Source: an uncultured bacterium (GTDB taxonomy: Bacteria > Omnitrophota > Omnitrophia > Omnitrophales > Aquincolibacteriaceae). From it: DNA of 64,000 nucleotides. The stretch spans positions 4,115 to 68,114 of the forward strand of contig CAZLTL010000003.1 in NCBI GenBank assembly GCA_964562525.1, in the 5' to 3' direction. Under the pieces are notes generated by a model that saw nothing but the letters and a program-made list of their open reading frames with translations, made no database searches and was not told the DNA's origin. A program made the position numbers and the translations under genes. Every line of letters begins with the position of its first letter. The stretch's first letter is position 1. Positions 38,501 through 51,200 of the stretch are shown here, one piece after another.

Positions 38501-38734
38501 GAAGTTCTCCTGGTGCTTTATACGCAGCGGTTAGATCCATTAATCCTGGCGCCTCTCCTAAGCTAAAATGGCGAATGCCATTTTAAATTTCACTCCGGCG
38601 CCGTGCCGAATCTGCTGAAAACACAACTAGCGATTCGGCGGGATGGCGTTATTATAAGTCAGATAGCGGAAAATAGACAACAAGAAGAAAGGCCATATCT
38701 TGCATCATTCAGAATAAAGACTAAAATAGGTTTC

Positions 38735-39274
38735 ATGACTCAAAAACGCGCAGCCACAATAAGTCTCCTGAGCCTGTTTTCTTACCTGCTTGTGGCTTGC
38801 GCCTCAAAACAACCGCTGCCGCCATCGGGTGACGCACCTTACTTTAATTGGATTCAGCCATCTACCCCCGAATCCTCTTTGACGGGAAAAGCGTATTTCT
38901 GGCCTGCTCCAAGCGGCGAGAGTGTCCGAATAAAAATCATGCTGACGGGCGCGGTTCCGGAAAAAGAGTATTTTGCCCATATTCATGAAAAAGGCGGTTG
39001 CGCGGATGAAGCCCAGGCCGCGGGAAAAATTTACAGGCCGACGGGTTCTTTTCTGGGGTTTGAGACAAAACAGTCCGGGCTATTGGCTAAAATCGAATCC
39101 AACGCTGATGGTACGGCAGAATTTGAGGGAGAATTCAAAAGGTTTTCGCTTGCGAACGGCAAAAATAATATCGCCGGAAAATCGATTGTCATCAGCGGCG
39201 ACGAAACCACATTGACCCGCGCCGGGTGTACCGTCATTCCCGTTCCAAAGCGCGAGGGCAAATCCGCGGATTAA
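38735..39274 (+). CDS. Lipoprotein with Cu,Zn-superoxide-dismutase-like fold but incomplete metal ligands
   Basis: Lipobox LLVAC. AHIHEKGGCADEAQAAGKIYRPTGS and NADGTAEFEG...IAGKSIVISGDETT parallel SodC blocks (FHVHE.G.C..AG.HFNP ; ADG.A ; GRSLVIHAGGDD), but the His63/71/80/120 equivalents are absent. Stop overlaps the stop of giant gene 2 by 4 nt (convergent). Confidence 0.5.
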   Translation: MTQKRAATISLLSLFSYLLVACASKQPLPPSGDAPYFNWIQPSTPESSLTGKAYFWPAPSGESVRIKIMLTGAVPEKEYFAHIHEKGGCADEAQAAGKIYRPTGSFLGFETKQSGLLAKIESNADGTAEFEGEFKRFSLANGKNNIAGKSIVISGDETTLTRAGCTVIPVPKREGKSAD

Positions 39275-42200
39275 GCCGCCGCCTGAATCTGCTTCGTCGC
39301 GGCATATTCTTGAGCCAGACGCATCAAGACATTCATCGAAACCGCAAGCCTTCCATCCTTAAAAGTCAAAGCCTGCACGATGTTCTGAAAATACCCGGCG
39401 TCCGCAAGCAGCATGGGAATATTATTCATCTGATCACGGCTTTTTACTTTACCTGACAGCAAAATCGCCACAAGCATCCGCATCAACACATCCGCTTTTT
39501 GGCGCTGAACATCGTTAAAATCAGCAAAGCCGTCTTCATCAGAAATCAAATCGACGATACTTTCGCTTTTTTGCGACGCGCCTTCTCCGCCAGCGCTAAA
39601 AATCGACAATAAAACGGGAGCTCCCTTTTTAACTGCGCTCACCAAAGAATTCACGCGCCTTACCATCGTTGCGGGAACTTTTAAATTCGCCATTGTTTTA
39701 GGCAGCACAAACCGCACTCCATCTCCAAACGCAAACTCTTGAATGGCTTGCTGCAAAGCAATCTCAAGCTCCGGAGCATCCAAAGCAATTTCCACTTCTG
39801 ACTTTGAATTCTGTAAAAGGACATCCGCAAAAAACAACTCCAGGTTTTGAATTTGTTTGGTCTGATTACCCTCCCAACTCGCCACCATTTCATCGCGCAG
39901 CTTTTGAACCGCCGCCAAATACTCATCAAATCCAACCCTTTCAGCATCGCTCACAACTTGCCGTGCTTGCGAATCAGCTTGCTGTGGACTTAAAGCCAAA
40001 ACTTCAGCCTGAAAGACACCTAATAACCTAGGTGCCGATTCAACTTCTTCAACAACTTTACGACTTTCCGATCGGCTTACGATCGCCCTCTCTGCAGAAA
40101 CTTCCCGCGATTCAGAACGAGCAAGTTCAAAGCCGGTATTCAAACGAGAGAAACTTGTAAATGAATTCGGTAAATCACCCTCAAAATGAACTCTCTCCTG
40201 CTCTTCATCAACTCGATCAATAACATAAGTTTTGCCATTCATGATATTTTTTACGCTATCGCCAACTCTCCATTTTGGCAGCTTGCCTTTAACAGCAACG
40301 TCGGGCTCTTTAACATAAATCCAACCCTCTCTAAAATCAGCGTAATTAGGTTGATTTTTACTCACGAGAGCCTCATTAAAATTAAATCCTTGCATATCAC
40401 GGAAAGCAACTCTTTTATATCCAGGAATATTGCCCTCATCTTTTAAGGTCACGATAACGTTCGACTTGAAAGGGATGGCTTGAATAGGAACATTCGTCCT
40501 GAGTGCCGCTTTTCTCAAGTACGCGCTAAATCCTTCATAAACATTCCGGCTATTGGCAACTGAATCAGAATCAATTTTTGTCTGCTCATAAATGATTGTT
40601 CTTTTCTTTGAATTGCCCGCAGAACCATCTGATGACCAAACAAAATCAATATAATCAAAATCACTATTTTCACCTCTTGCCGGATCCCCTTTTCGAGGAG
40701 CTTGAATTTGCTCGGCACCAAGCGCCTCGAGCTGCCAGGTGATTGCCGCCAAATTGCTTCCGACGGCTGCAAGAAGCTCGGTATTGATGTATCCATTTGT
40801 TGCCAAGGATGCCATGAATATCTCTTTTAAAGAATCCGGCGGATTGTCACGATCCGGTTGTTTCGGAGTAAGAGGAAGAATATCCCGAATATGAACCACT
40901 TCAGCATCGAATAAAATCAGCGGAGTAATGGCATCGGCGCCGCCGTAATCATACCCGACCCGACTCGTATCGAACCCATTTTCTCGAATCCATTTTTGAA
41001 CAATCAAAGAGGCATCAACCAATTTTCGGGTCATGGTCCGATTTTTGACTAAGTTTCTATAATTTGACAACCCTTCAACTTTAAAATCACCCTTTGCGGC
41101 GGAATCGATTAAAGGCCATAAATGCTCTTGAACGCCCTCGGGTAGCAGCAGATAACGACGCTCCGTAAAATAATGCACTCGAAGCATCTCTTCGAGCAAA
41201 AGTTCCCTGTCTGCAGCATTTAAAGGGCTGAGGCTGATAAAGTTTTCATACAGCTGATGCATGCTCGTGAGTCTCAGTTTCTGGCCGCGCTGAGCAATTA
41301 AACTTTGTAAACCAAAAATAACACTAAAATCTTGTTCACTAAGAACCCCCTCTAAAGCGCTAATTAAAAGCGGCCAACTTTTTTCGAAGTTAAATTTTCC
41401 GTCATGAACACTTTGACCCGAAACTTGCCCAAAAACATACATAGCACGCATAAAGTTTTTGAGAGATTCATCTATTTTCATACGATTAATTTCCTCAACA
41501 GCAATTTTTATTTTAACAACCGCTGAGCTAACAACATACTGAGGGGCTTGTTTTTCAATTTGCTTCTCAAAAAAATCAACGCCATGCATCACATTAACCA
41601 TGCGCGCAACCTGAATAGCTGCCCGGTCAAAATCCAAAGTAATCACAAAAGAATCATCGCTCAATGATCGCGCCATCGCTTTCCAATTTTCAAAAATTTC
41701 TCGCTTACCAAAACGATTCAGCATCGACTCAAAAAAATCTTGTTTTTTAAGAATCTCCTCAAACAGCTTTTTGTAAAGAGCTCTCTGTTCACTTACGTCT
41801 TTAAACTTTTCTTGCAAATCAGCATGCTGAATAATTTTATCCGCGACCAAAACAACTTCTTCAAACACCTCCGCCATTCGCATTTCACTTCTATCAGAAG
41901 CAGACTCACTAGCCTTGCCTTGCATGTTTAATTCAACTTTTTTTGAATCTTTATTACTGCGCGGAATCCAAATACCATAGCGCAAGGGCCGCCCTTTTCT
42001 CTCTTCTACTTCAAAGTACACCGCGTCATGATTTGTTAATTTTCCCTTCGTTGCTTTTTCTCGCAAAGCGTCCCTAACCTGAGTTGCTTTTTTGACACCA
42101 TCAAAGTCAAGCAGCACACCCTCCTTAGTCGAACCGGCCGGAATATCATCCGTGAAAGCAAACAAAGCTTGGGGCCAATTAACATCAATGGCATCCATCA

Positions 42201-45200
42201 TTTTTTGATAAGCGTTGCGATCTAGATGGTAAAGAGACGCGTTTGCCAAAACCAAATGAGGAATACCAGCTTCACCGCCTGGGAATGCTGTCATATCTCC
42301 GGCAACAAAATGAGTATTCGCGCGAAAATCATCCGCTTGCTCACGAAGGGTGCTCATCATGTCATCCAGATAAGCCCGTTGTTCCGGTTCAAGCGTGGCC
42401 TCTGAGGCAACCCAAGACTCCAACCCGGCAAGACGGCGTTTTGCGCTTTCAACCAAAGCTTGGCTCTTTTCCATAGCCGTGATTTTAATTTTCCAGTCGC
42501 CTTTCATATTTTTTCCGTCGCGCTTCAAGAAGCGGTTTATTTCATGATAAACACGCGCGGCTTCCTCGCCCGTGCTGGCTCCCAAAATCTGAACACGAAT
42601 TTCAGGCTGCCCTTTACTTTGCAACGCTTCCTCTTCAGCATTTCGTACGATCTGTCCCAAATAAGTATCGGCCCGGTTTTGAACCAATTTGTAATCTCCG
42701 CGCAGCCGATCCCATTGCGCCAAATGTCTCACAAGCAATGAAAGTTGCCTCGTTGTCCCCACGGTTGAAGGCTCAATCACAGGATCAGGAAACCGCACTT
42801 CGGAGCGTAACACCGCAACTTGCTTTGAAATCTCTTGGGTCACGCTTGAAAAATCATCAACGGTTATTCCGGATGAAAGCCCACTCTGCATCAATGCAAT
42901 CAGGCTGCCAATCTGTACGCCGGATAAAGGAACAGGAAAAGAAACAACGATCCGATTATCAATTTCGCCGCGGTCACGGGTTAAAATTTGGGCATTTGAC
43001 ATTATATTGCCGCGCATGGCTGCGATCATGCGCGTAAGACGGTGCAAAAACCAAGGCTGGTCGCGGTCACTTTGAACCTTCATTTCATAAGTCAAACCAT
43101 CTTGGCCGTCCAAATTTTTAAATTCCACTTCAATCCGAGGCTGATCCCCTTCTTGTGCTTGGCGGCCGAAGGATTGAATCCCTTGGTCATCGTAATATCG
43201 ATTCAGTCTCTCCTGAAAAAGAGCCGGATCTCCCCGCATCAGGGTTTGAATATCTTCCCGTAAAAATGATTTTACTTGATCTTGCAGGTCTCCCGATCGA
43301 ATCAGCTCACCCTCAAAGTTTTCGCTCTTATAGCTGACAAGAAAATGGTTGAAAACTTTTCCGTTAATCGTTTTGACAAAAACCTGCTGCACATTCAACC
43401 TTCGCGCAGCCAACGCCGCCGTCATCGCGGCCAAAAGACCGGGCCGGTCTTCCGGCAATCCGACCCAAACATTCATATAACGATTATCGTGAATTGAATA
43501 AAGGTCTGTATCCAAATGCATAGGCATAATCGAATTCCAATGAATATCCTCTAGCCATTCCATTTGTGAAAGAAATAATGATCGAATCTTGCTTAAAATT
43601 TGATTCATAACACGCTGAAAAGCCGCCATCGCTTTAACAACTAAGTGATTTTTTATTGTAAAAATGCCAATTTGAATCTCGGGATGAATCAGCTTGCGGT
43701 AAAAACGATCCAGCTTTACCACATTTGAAACATCTCGTTTTTGCGAGTCAAAATGCAGCCGCATCAAATACCACGCTGGAAACTCGGACAAAACATCGGG
43801 GTGAATTCCTTGCTGGGCCAAGTCGTCTCTAAATTTTTGCTGATCGACTTGAATCTGAGCTTCCCATTTTTGACGGATTTTCGCTTGTGCTTCTGCTGGT
43901 GAACTTAAATAAGATTCCATTTCACGCCGGATTTGAACAAGTTTCATGACAGCATGATTTTGCTCCAAAAATCCCGCACCTTGATTGCTACTGTAAATAC
44001 TTTGCAGTGATTTGCCGTATAGCCCCATCTCGCTCAGCAATCCACGGACATCTCCCGGCGGCCCAGGAATTCGGAACACCCCAAGATAATCCGCCATTGA
44101 AACCATAAAAAGCATATTTAAATAATCCAAATCCATTTGGGGTAAATCCGCAAGCTCAAGCAGCATCTGTTCGAAAGTCTTTCGACCGGCTAAGACATCC
44201 GCAAGAACAGAGTTTAAATATTGATGATACATAGCAATCCATGAAGGAATTTCAGCTGTGTCCAGCTGCAGCTCTTTAAACAAAGGCGGCAGCATCTGTG
44301 CGCCCAAAACCATATGCGACGGCGCATAAGCTGTCGGCACCTCCTTGGCTTTTCCGATATCATGGAAAAGCTCTCCCAACCTAAAGGAAGCAAGCTGAGA
44401 CGCTCCCTTTCCGGCAACCGAACGATAGGCTTTTTGGTATTCAAGTAAAAACTCTCTCTCATATTGCCCCACATTTTCAGGAGCATAAATCTCCTCTTCT
44501 GCATCGGCGAACGCAAACCGCTCTGAGTTCATTAAAACCTGTACTAAATGCCGGGCGGTATAGTATTGATGCGGTGAAATATCTCCGTCATTCTGACGCT
44601 TCAGTATTTTCCAATCGGGAAGAAGCCAATCCCAAAACCCCGCATTAAAAAGCGCCCACACAGCATCGTCTACAGCTGCATCAATTCCAAAAGCATCAAA
44701 AATCCTTTGCGCCGAAATGCGCCGCGCTTGGTTTTCAGACACTGAATCTTCCGCTGAAGCGCTGGCAATCGCATCCCGCAAAGCCAAAGCAAAACTGTCG
44801 CCAATTTCAAATTGAACGGCGTGATTTTGATTTTTTTGCTTCTCCTGAAGATACTGTTTCAAAGCGGATATAAAATCAGTTACTTGCACTTTTTTGCCGG
44901 GCTCCTGGATAGAAACAAGGCGATTGATGGTTCGGGCTTCACCGTTGTGGCCGCGCGCAGGAATCTCCAATATTCTAAATTCAGATCGAAAAAGAGGCCT
45001 TGAAGTAAAATTTTGTCCCAAATCTTGCGCAACATGGTCCAGCATGGCGCCGATAAATTGGTTTAAATCGCGGCTAAAATCAGCCCAATAGGGCAATGAG
45101 TCTTTCCTAATCACGTCAACACCCGATTCCGTCATAATCGGGGGAAGATCTTCCAACCTCACGGCATCCTTCAAGTACGGATTGCTGCTGGCGAGCCCCA

Positions 45201-48200
45201 CTTCCAACGAGCTGACTTGACGGCGGAAATAATCATACCGATCGGCATAACCCAATTCTTCAATCCAAGGTGCGGTCACCCTATAAAATGCATCTAAATA
45301 ATTTCTCAGTGATTTATACCGCCCGTTAAAAAAACGGCGCGCAAAAGGAAAATAAAATTCCATTTCCTTCACGTTATAAACTTGATACTGCCGCTCAGAT
45401 TGCCATACGCGGAAAAGCTCATCGATTTCCGCGTAGATCTTGCTGTGTATCGCGCTGCGCCGGCTGGGTAAATTTTGAAATGCCGCGTCTCTGTCCGAAG
45501 ATGAAAAAAGAAAATTCATATCTTCGATTAAAGCCTTGATTGTTTCCTCATCCAGAGGTCCTTCGTTTTTCTGGACTTCAAAAGTATCTACCACCCTCAG
45601 ACCTTTGTAATCTTCGGCAACTCCTTCGGTATCCAGGGTTGATTTATCCATAATATTCAACCCATATCGTTCAAAAAGCCGGGCAACATCGAAAAGAATC
45701 TGCGGACCGTCTTCCATCTTAAGGTGGATGAATGTTGATTTTTTTCCGTTTTCAGCCGTCACTTCCAAAGGGATGGTTCCGCTGTTCGGTTTTGCAGGCT
45801 GATAAATTTTACTGCGATTTTTGAGATAGGCTTGATAAGACTTGCCCGCAGGGTCAACAATTAAACTCTTGATATCTTCCCTTAATACTGTCTGAAGCTT
45901 CTCCTCAACTTGCGCCATTTCTTCGCCATCAACCGGGTTGCGGAGCTTAACAATAAACCGGTCTCCGGTCGCGCCGTTCCGAACCAACCCAATCTGCATG
46001 TTCTGAACGCTCAGATTATGTTTCACAAACGCAGCCGCAATCCGCAAAAGCGTTCCGGGCCGATTCCAATAGGGGTCCAACACCACATCCACCTGTAAAA
46101 ATTGATCCGAGCCTTCTATAAACCGCAAAGCAAGATCAACGCTGGTTTTATGCTGTTTGCCGTCCGCCTCGGGCATCCCCTCCTCTGCCAATTGCTGAAT
46201 TTCATGCTGTGTTTGACTGAACCGCACTCGTAGTTCTTTGTCATTTTTAAACTGACTCTCAGTCAACCCCATCAAAGGCTGCAGCACTTCCGAAAAAATC
46301 TTTTTACGTCCTAGGTTGAAAAAATCCATCCGCGTCACAGTCAAGAGCAGTAATAAAACCCACCGCTCATAGTTTCCCTCCAGCTTTTGGTCGCGGAGTT
46401 CTTTAAACATTTGGGGATCATTCATTCCGCCCCGCCGGATGAAATTAATCAATGCATCGCGATTTTCAATCAGCCAAACTAGATTGCTTTTCTGGGATTC
46501 TTCGCCGTATCCAAGCTGCTTAATCAAAATTTGAACTTGTTCCGGCATAAAATCAGCCAAAGGCTGTACAAGAAGGGCATCACGAATCGAACGAAGCAGC
46601 TCAGGCTTATTTTTGACAAACTCCGCCTCGCTCTGAACTTTCTCCACCAAAGCATGCGGCTTATCTTCCCAAAATTTAAGCCCTAAAATCTGGTCCATAA
46701 CACCCAAGCTTTTAATCGCGTAAATATCTAAAGTTTCGCGATGCTTAATATCCAGCGTGGCTTTTGAACTGATTTCACCAAAAGCTGGGATCAAATCCTC
46801 AAGCAGCCCGAGCGCGTGCATCCGGAATATCAAATACCCCAGCGCTTGCGGCGTTTCTCTCAGTTTTAAAAATTGCGTGCGCGCAGATTCAGGATTAGCT
46901 TTGACCCATTCACTAAAATCTGGGAGGCGGCGAGTCATTTCATCTAAAAGCTCGCCGGTCATGGCCAGTTTGTGCTCTACTGCATATTGAAGCAGATTCA
47001 AAATATTCTCGGATTTAAGAACGTGATCCGGATGAATTGTTAGCGTAACTTGATCAACCACATGCTTCAGTCCCGTATCCAGAAAAACCGTTTTACCCGT
47101 CCGCTTCACGAGCTCAATTCCATCTGCTTCTAAGCCTTTAACCCATTTCGGCTTTCCGTCATCACCGAGCGGGGTATAATTCAGCGAACTCGTTTGATGC
47201 AGAGCGCGCCTGAAAATATTCGACGCAAAAAGATAGAGTGCTTGACTTGAAGACTGAAGCCTTGAAACCATTTTCTCAAGCCTCGCCTGCGGGTCCGCGA
47301 TCTCGGGATAAAGCTGACCGGCAATGGCCTGCTGAAACTCAAAGCTAAGTATATCCGCCGTTTTTTCCGTTAAAGGTTTTTTTTGCTTCACCCGTTCTTC
47401 ATGCAGCATCCAGCGCACGGTCCTTAAATAGCGGTAGGCTTCCTCCGCTTCTCGCATTTCCTCTTCAGCGATCATTTTCGGATGCAAAGCCTTTTCCTCT
47501 TCTGATCGGTGATCCATAACTTGCAAGATCCAACGGCTAAAATCCATATCTCGGAAACCGCCGGCACCCCATTTCAAATTCGGTTCACGCTCAAAAATTC
47601 CGTCATAAAAACCCCGTTTAACCCTGTTTTCCTGCCAAAATTTAATCAAATGACGAATCAAAAATTGGACGTTTGTTTTGATGTCTTCAAGCTCCGGATC
47701 TTTCGTCGGATTCTTAAAGTCGCTCTGCAAATACCTGTGATATTTCTGATTGAACTCCTTCACAACAGTTTCCGAACCGGCTACCGGCCGAGCGTCTATC
47801 ATTTCCGTCATCTCTTCCGCGGTCAGATTACGGGTTTCGATATCATCAGAAGCGATTTGCGGCCAGCCGGCTGAAAAATTGAGCCCATTCAGCATCGCAT
47901 AATAAAAGTAATCTAAAAGCGGTTTATACGATTCCTCATCCGCACCCCGCGGATAAAGCATCAATCCATCACGGTCAGACCCCCGGGCCAACTCGTTGCG
48001 CGCATAAGTTCCCGTCGCAACAAGAGCAACCGGCCAATCCGCCTCATGCCCTGCCAACCCTTCAACAAAAGTCGAGGCAAGGTCAAAAATAATCCCAATT
48101 TTTTTGTCTGAAAGAATGCTTAATTCCTTTGATTTCTGTTCCGGCGAAATCTCTAAATCGGGCTTCGCTAAAATCGCGGTTATTTCTCCTAAATACTGCT

Positions 48201-51200
48201 TTTTAAAATCCTTCGCCCAATCCATAAAATCTTGCCGCTGATGATCAAACCGCAGCTCTGAGCGGTTGACTATTTTTAAATCGCGCTCGAGCTCACGATA
48301 TAAAAGCTGAATGACAGAATCATCCAATTCAGCCAATCGTGATTCTGTGCTCAAATCTGATATTTGTTGAAGTTTCCGTGAAAGCCCTTCAAAGTCACCT
48401 TTGAGAAGATACGGCTCAAATACGGCGCGGGCATCCTGCCGAAGCTCCGGACTAAAATAACCATCGATAAAAGCTTCAAAAAATAATTTGCCATGCAGTT
48501 TCAGAATTTCAATTTCATCCTCTTCAGAAATTCCCATCTGCTGAACACGGCGCGCAGCGGACGCAAATGCGTCACGGTAGCCCAAAACCAATGTTTTGAA
48601 ATCTAAAAATGCATATGCGAAACGATCTTCAAACGTCTTGATATTTTTCCACCGCTTGAAATGCGTCAAATCGCGAATTGCAAAAATTTGATCATTCCAA
48701 ACCGCGATATTCGTCAAATTAAATGAGCCATGCTTGCCAATTTTCTGCATTTCCCGGAGCATTTCAGCCGACTTTTGAATTACTTTTCTGACTTCAGTCA
48801 CAGCGGCAGCAACGTTGCCTTGTTTTCCCGAAATTAGAAATTTTTCAAAGTCATACACCTGATCGATCAATTGCCGGTGAGCGCGAATTTCATCATGCTG
48901 TATCGCACCAAATTGATTTACAACGAGTTGTGCCTGCACCAACTGGAGCTCATAACCCAAATCAACTCTTACATTTTCCGTCTGCAAATATTTATTGGAA
49001 ATTTTCCCCTTGGCAAGAGGGTAAGCCGAAGAATAATGGAAGCCATTTGGGTCGAAATGTAAAAATTGCGCAGCAGCTGTTTCTTCATTAGCTTGGGTCC
49101 AAGGCAAACCACCCAAAGCTTGCGCCCCCTCAGGTCCATAAACAATCCGGCCATCAAGCACATCCACTTTTTCCAAAGGTTGCCCTGCCGCTTTTAAAGG
49201 AAGTTGACGTACTGACTCATCATCGTAAGAATCCAGCCGAATTCCTTTTGCAATAGCAGCGTTATACACCACTCCCTTAAAAACAACCGGCTTCGCCAAT
49301 GGAATAATGACTGAGCGGGTCATATTGGTGTTCCCCGAAGTGCCAATGGCACGAACACCTCGATCACCAAAACGCTTCATATTTTCAGCATGTTCTCCAA
49401 AAGACAAAACACCTTCGACGACTTCACGGTCTTCGGGTGAAATTAAATCGTAAACTTCTTTATCAACAAATAAGTCACTTTGAATAGGGCGGCCGGGGCG
49501 ATCCGAGAAATCGTTATTGCGCTCCAATTCACGCATCTCAGACCTTTTTTTCTGAAACACACTCACATCCAGTCCTCGTGCTTGAGCGAGCACATACTCC
49601 TGAGGGTTTGCAGTACTCCCTACATAGCCGAAGCGGCCAAGATAATGCGGAAGAAAAACAACTTCTGAATCATTTAAACCAAAAATCTTTCCCATTTTCT
49701 GAAGAGTCTGAAAATCAATATTATGCGTTGTATCCACGCCTAACTTCAGCGGGGGTTCCCCGTCACGATCGCCAAATGTCCAAACTGAATTAACTGTATC
49801 GGACTCAAATCGATGCGACGTTTTTTCAAACCCGTAATCCATCGTCAGCACAATACCTTGATTAAGAGTTCTAGATATTTCCGCCATCAACTGATTCATT
49901 GCAAGATTGACCGCAAACTCCTTCCCTTCTGGCGGCAAACCACCCACCAATTTGAAGTAGGCCTCGATCTCATCTTTTGCGGCCAGCGACAAATCACCTT
50001 CTTTTTCATAAAAACCGCTCTCGTTGTAGGCGACATAAATCTCTTTCAGCTTGCCTCCACGGACAACAACCCGGTGCACGGCAAAAGCATCGGGAAGTTC
50101 ATTTGAATAAATCACCCCATTCACGGATTTTTCTCCTAAACCGGTGTGGAGCGCGGAAGCATTTTGCCAACTTAAGCGATCACGCAGAACCCTCTTAAGA
50201 CTTGCTAGCGTTTTTTGCTGACGTTTAATCAGTACTTCATTTAGCTCGACTATTCTGTAATGCAAACTATTCCAAAATCTTTCGGGATATTTTTCTTCTG
50301 CCATCAGAATGGTTTCCAAAACGTTATGCGCCATAGAGCCATCACCGCCGCTCAGCTCAACAATATCAAAATGGTCAGGTTCCCCCATCGCTTTCCAAGT
50401 GTTCAAAAATTGATCCGCCAGAGCACGCCCAATCGCGGGTATATGCGCGTTTGTATGAAATTGAACCCCTACGTCATCCGTTCCCCCTATTTGTTCAAAC
50501 TGAACAGCCCCCGCTGAGTAATAGCCATATTTTCCGTAAAGCGCTAACTCTTGAAATTGGACGTAAGGAATCAACCCGCCCGCTTGATCAATTGCAACCT
50601 CAATCTCGGCCTGAGAATCTTCCACCAACCGCATTTCGGAGCGCCCCATTCGAAAGACATAACGGTGGGTGGGAATTTCAGATTCACTTTTTCGGTCAAC
50701 TAATCGATTGATTTCTTTCTCACCAAAAAGATCAATCCACAAACCTTGGCTCTTTTGGTTTAAAAAATATTCTTTAGTCTGCGGAAACTGTTTATGCAAG
50801 TATGCTTCCACACCTCGATTTGAAATCGTGACCTCATAAATGGTATTCAGCGGAGCATACTTATCTTCTAAAAAGTTCATATACGCTAAAGCTGTTTTTC
50901 CTGATTGATAACCCGTCGTCAAATCTGATGTCCAAGAAAGTTTAGGCTCTCTCAAAACTCTTCCACCGCGTTTTGTCCAAATATCACCCCATGAGAAGCG
51001 CGCTAAAATCGATGGATCAGAATCTGTTCGATCACCGTACAAAGACAGACTGCGAAACTCTCCGGTCTTAGCATCAACTAAGTTTTGAAGAGCGGATTTC
51101 TTTAAGACCAAAATCGTACGCTGTAATTGATGTGCGACTAAAGAGTCCTGCCCTTCACTGTAATTGGTCAAAGTCAAGTAGACGGCATCATCTTTGCCAA

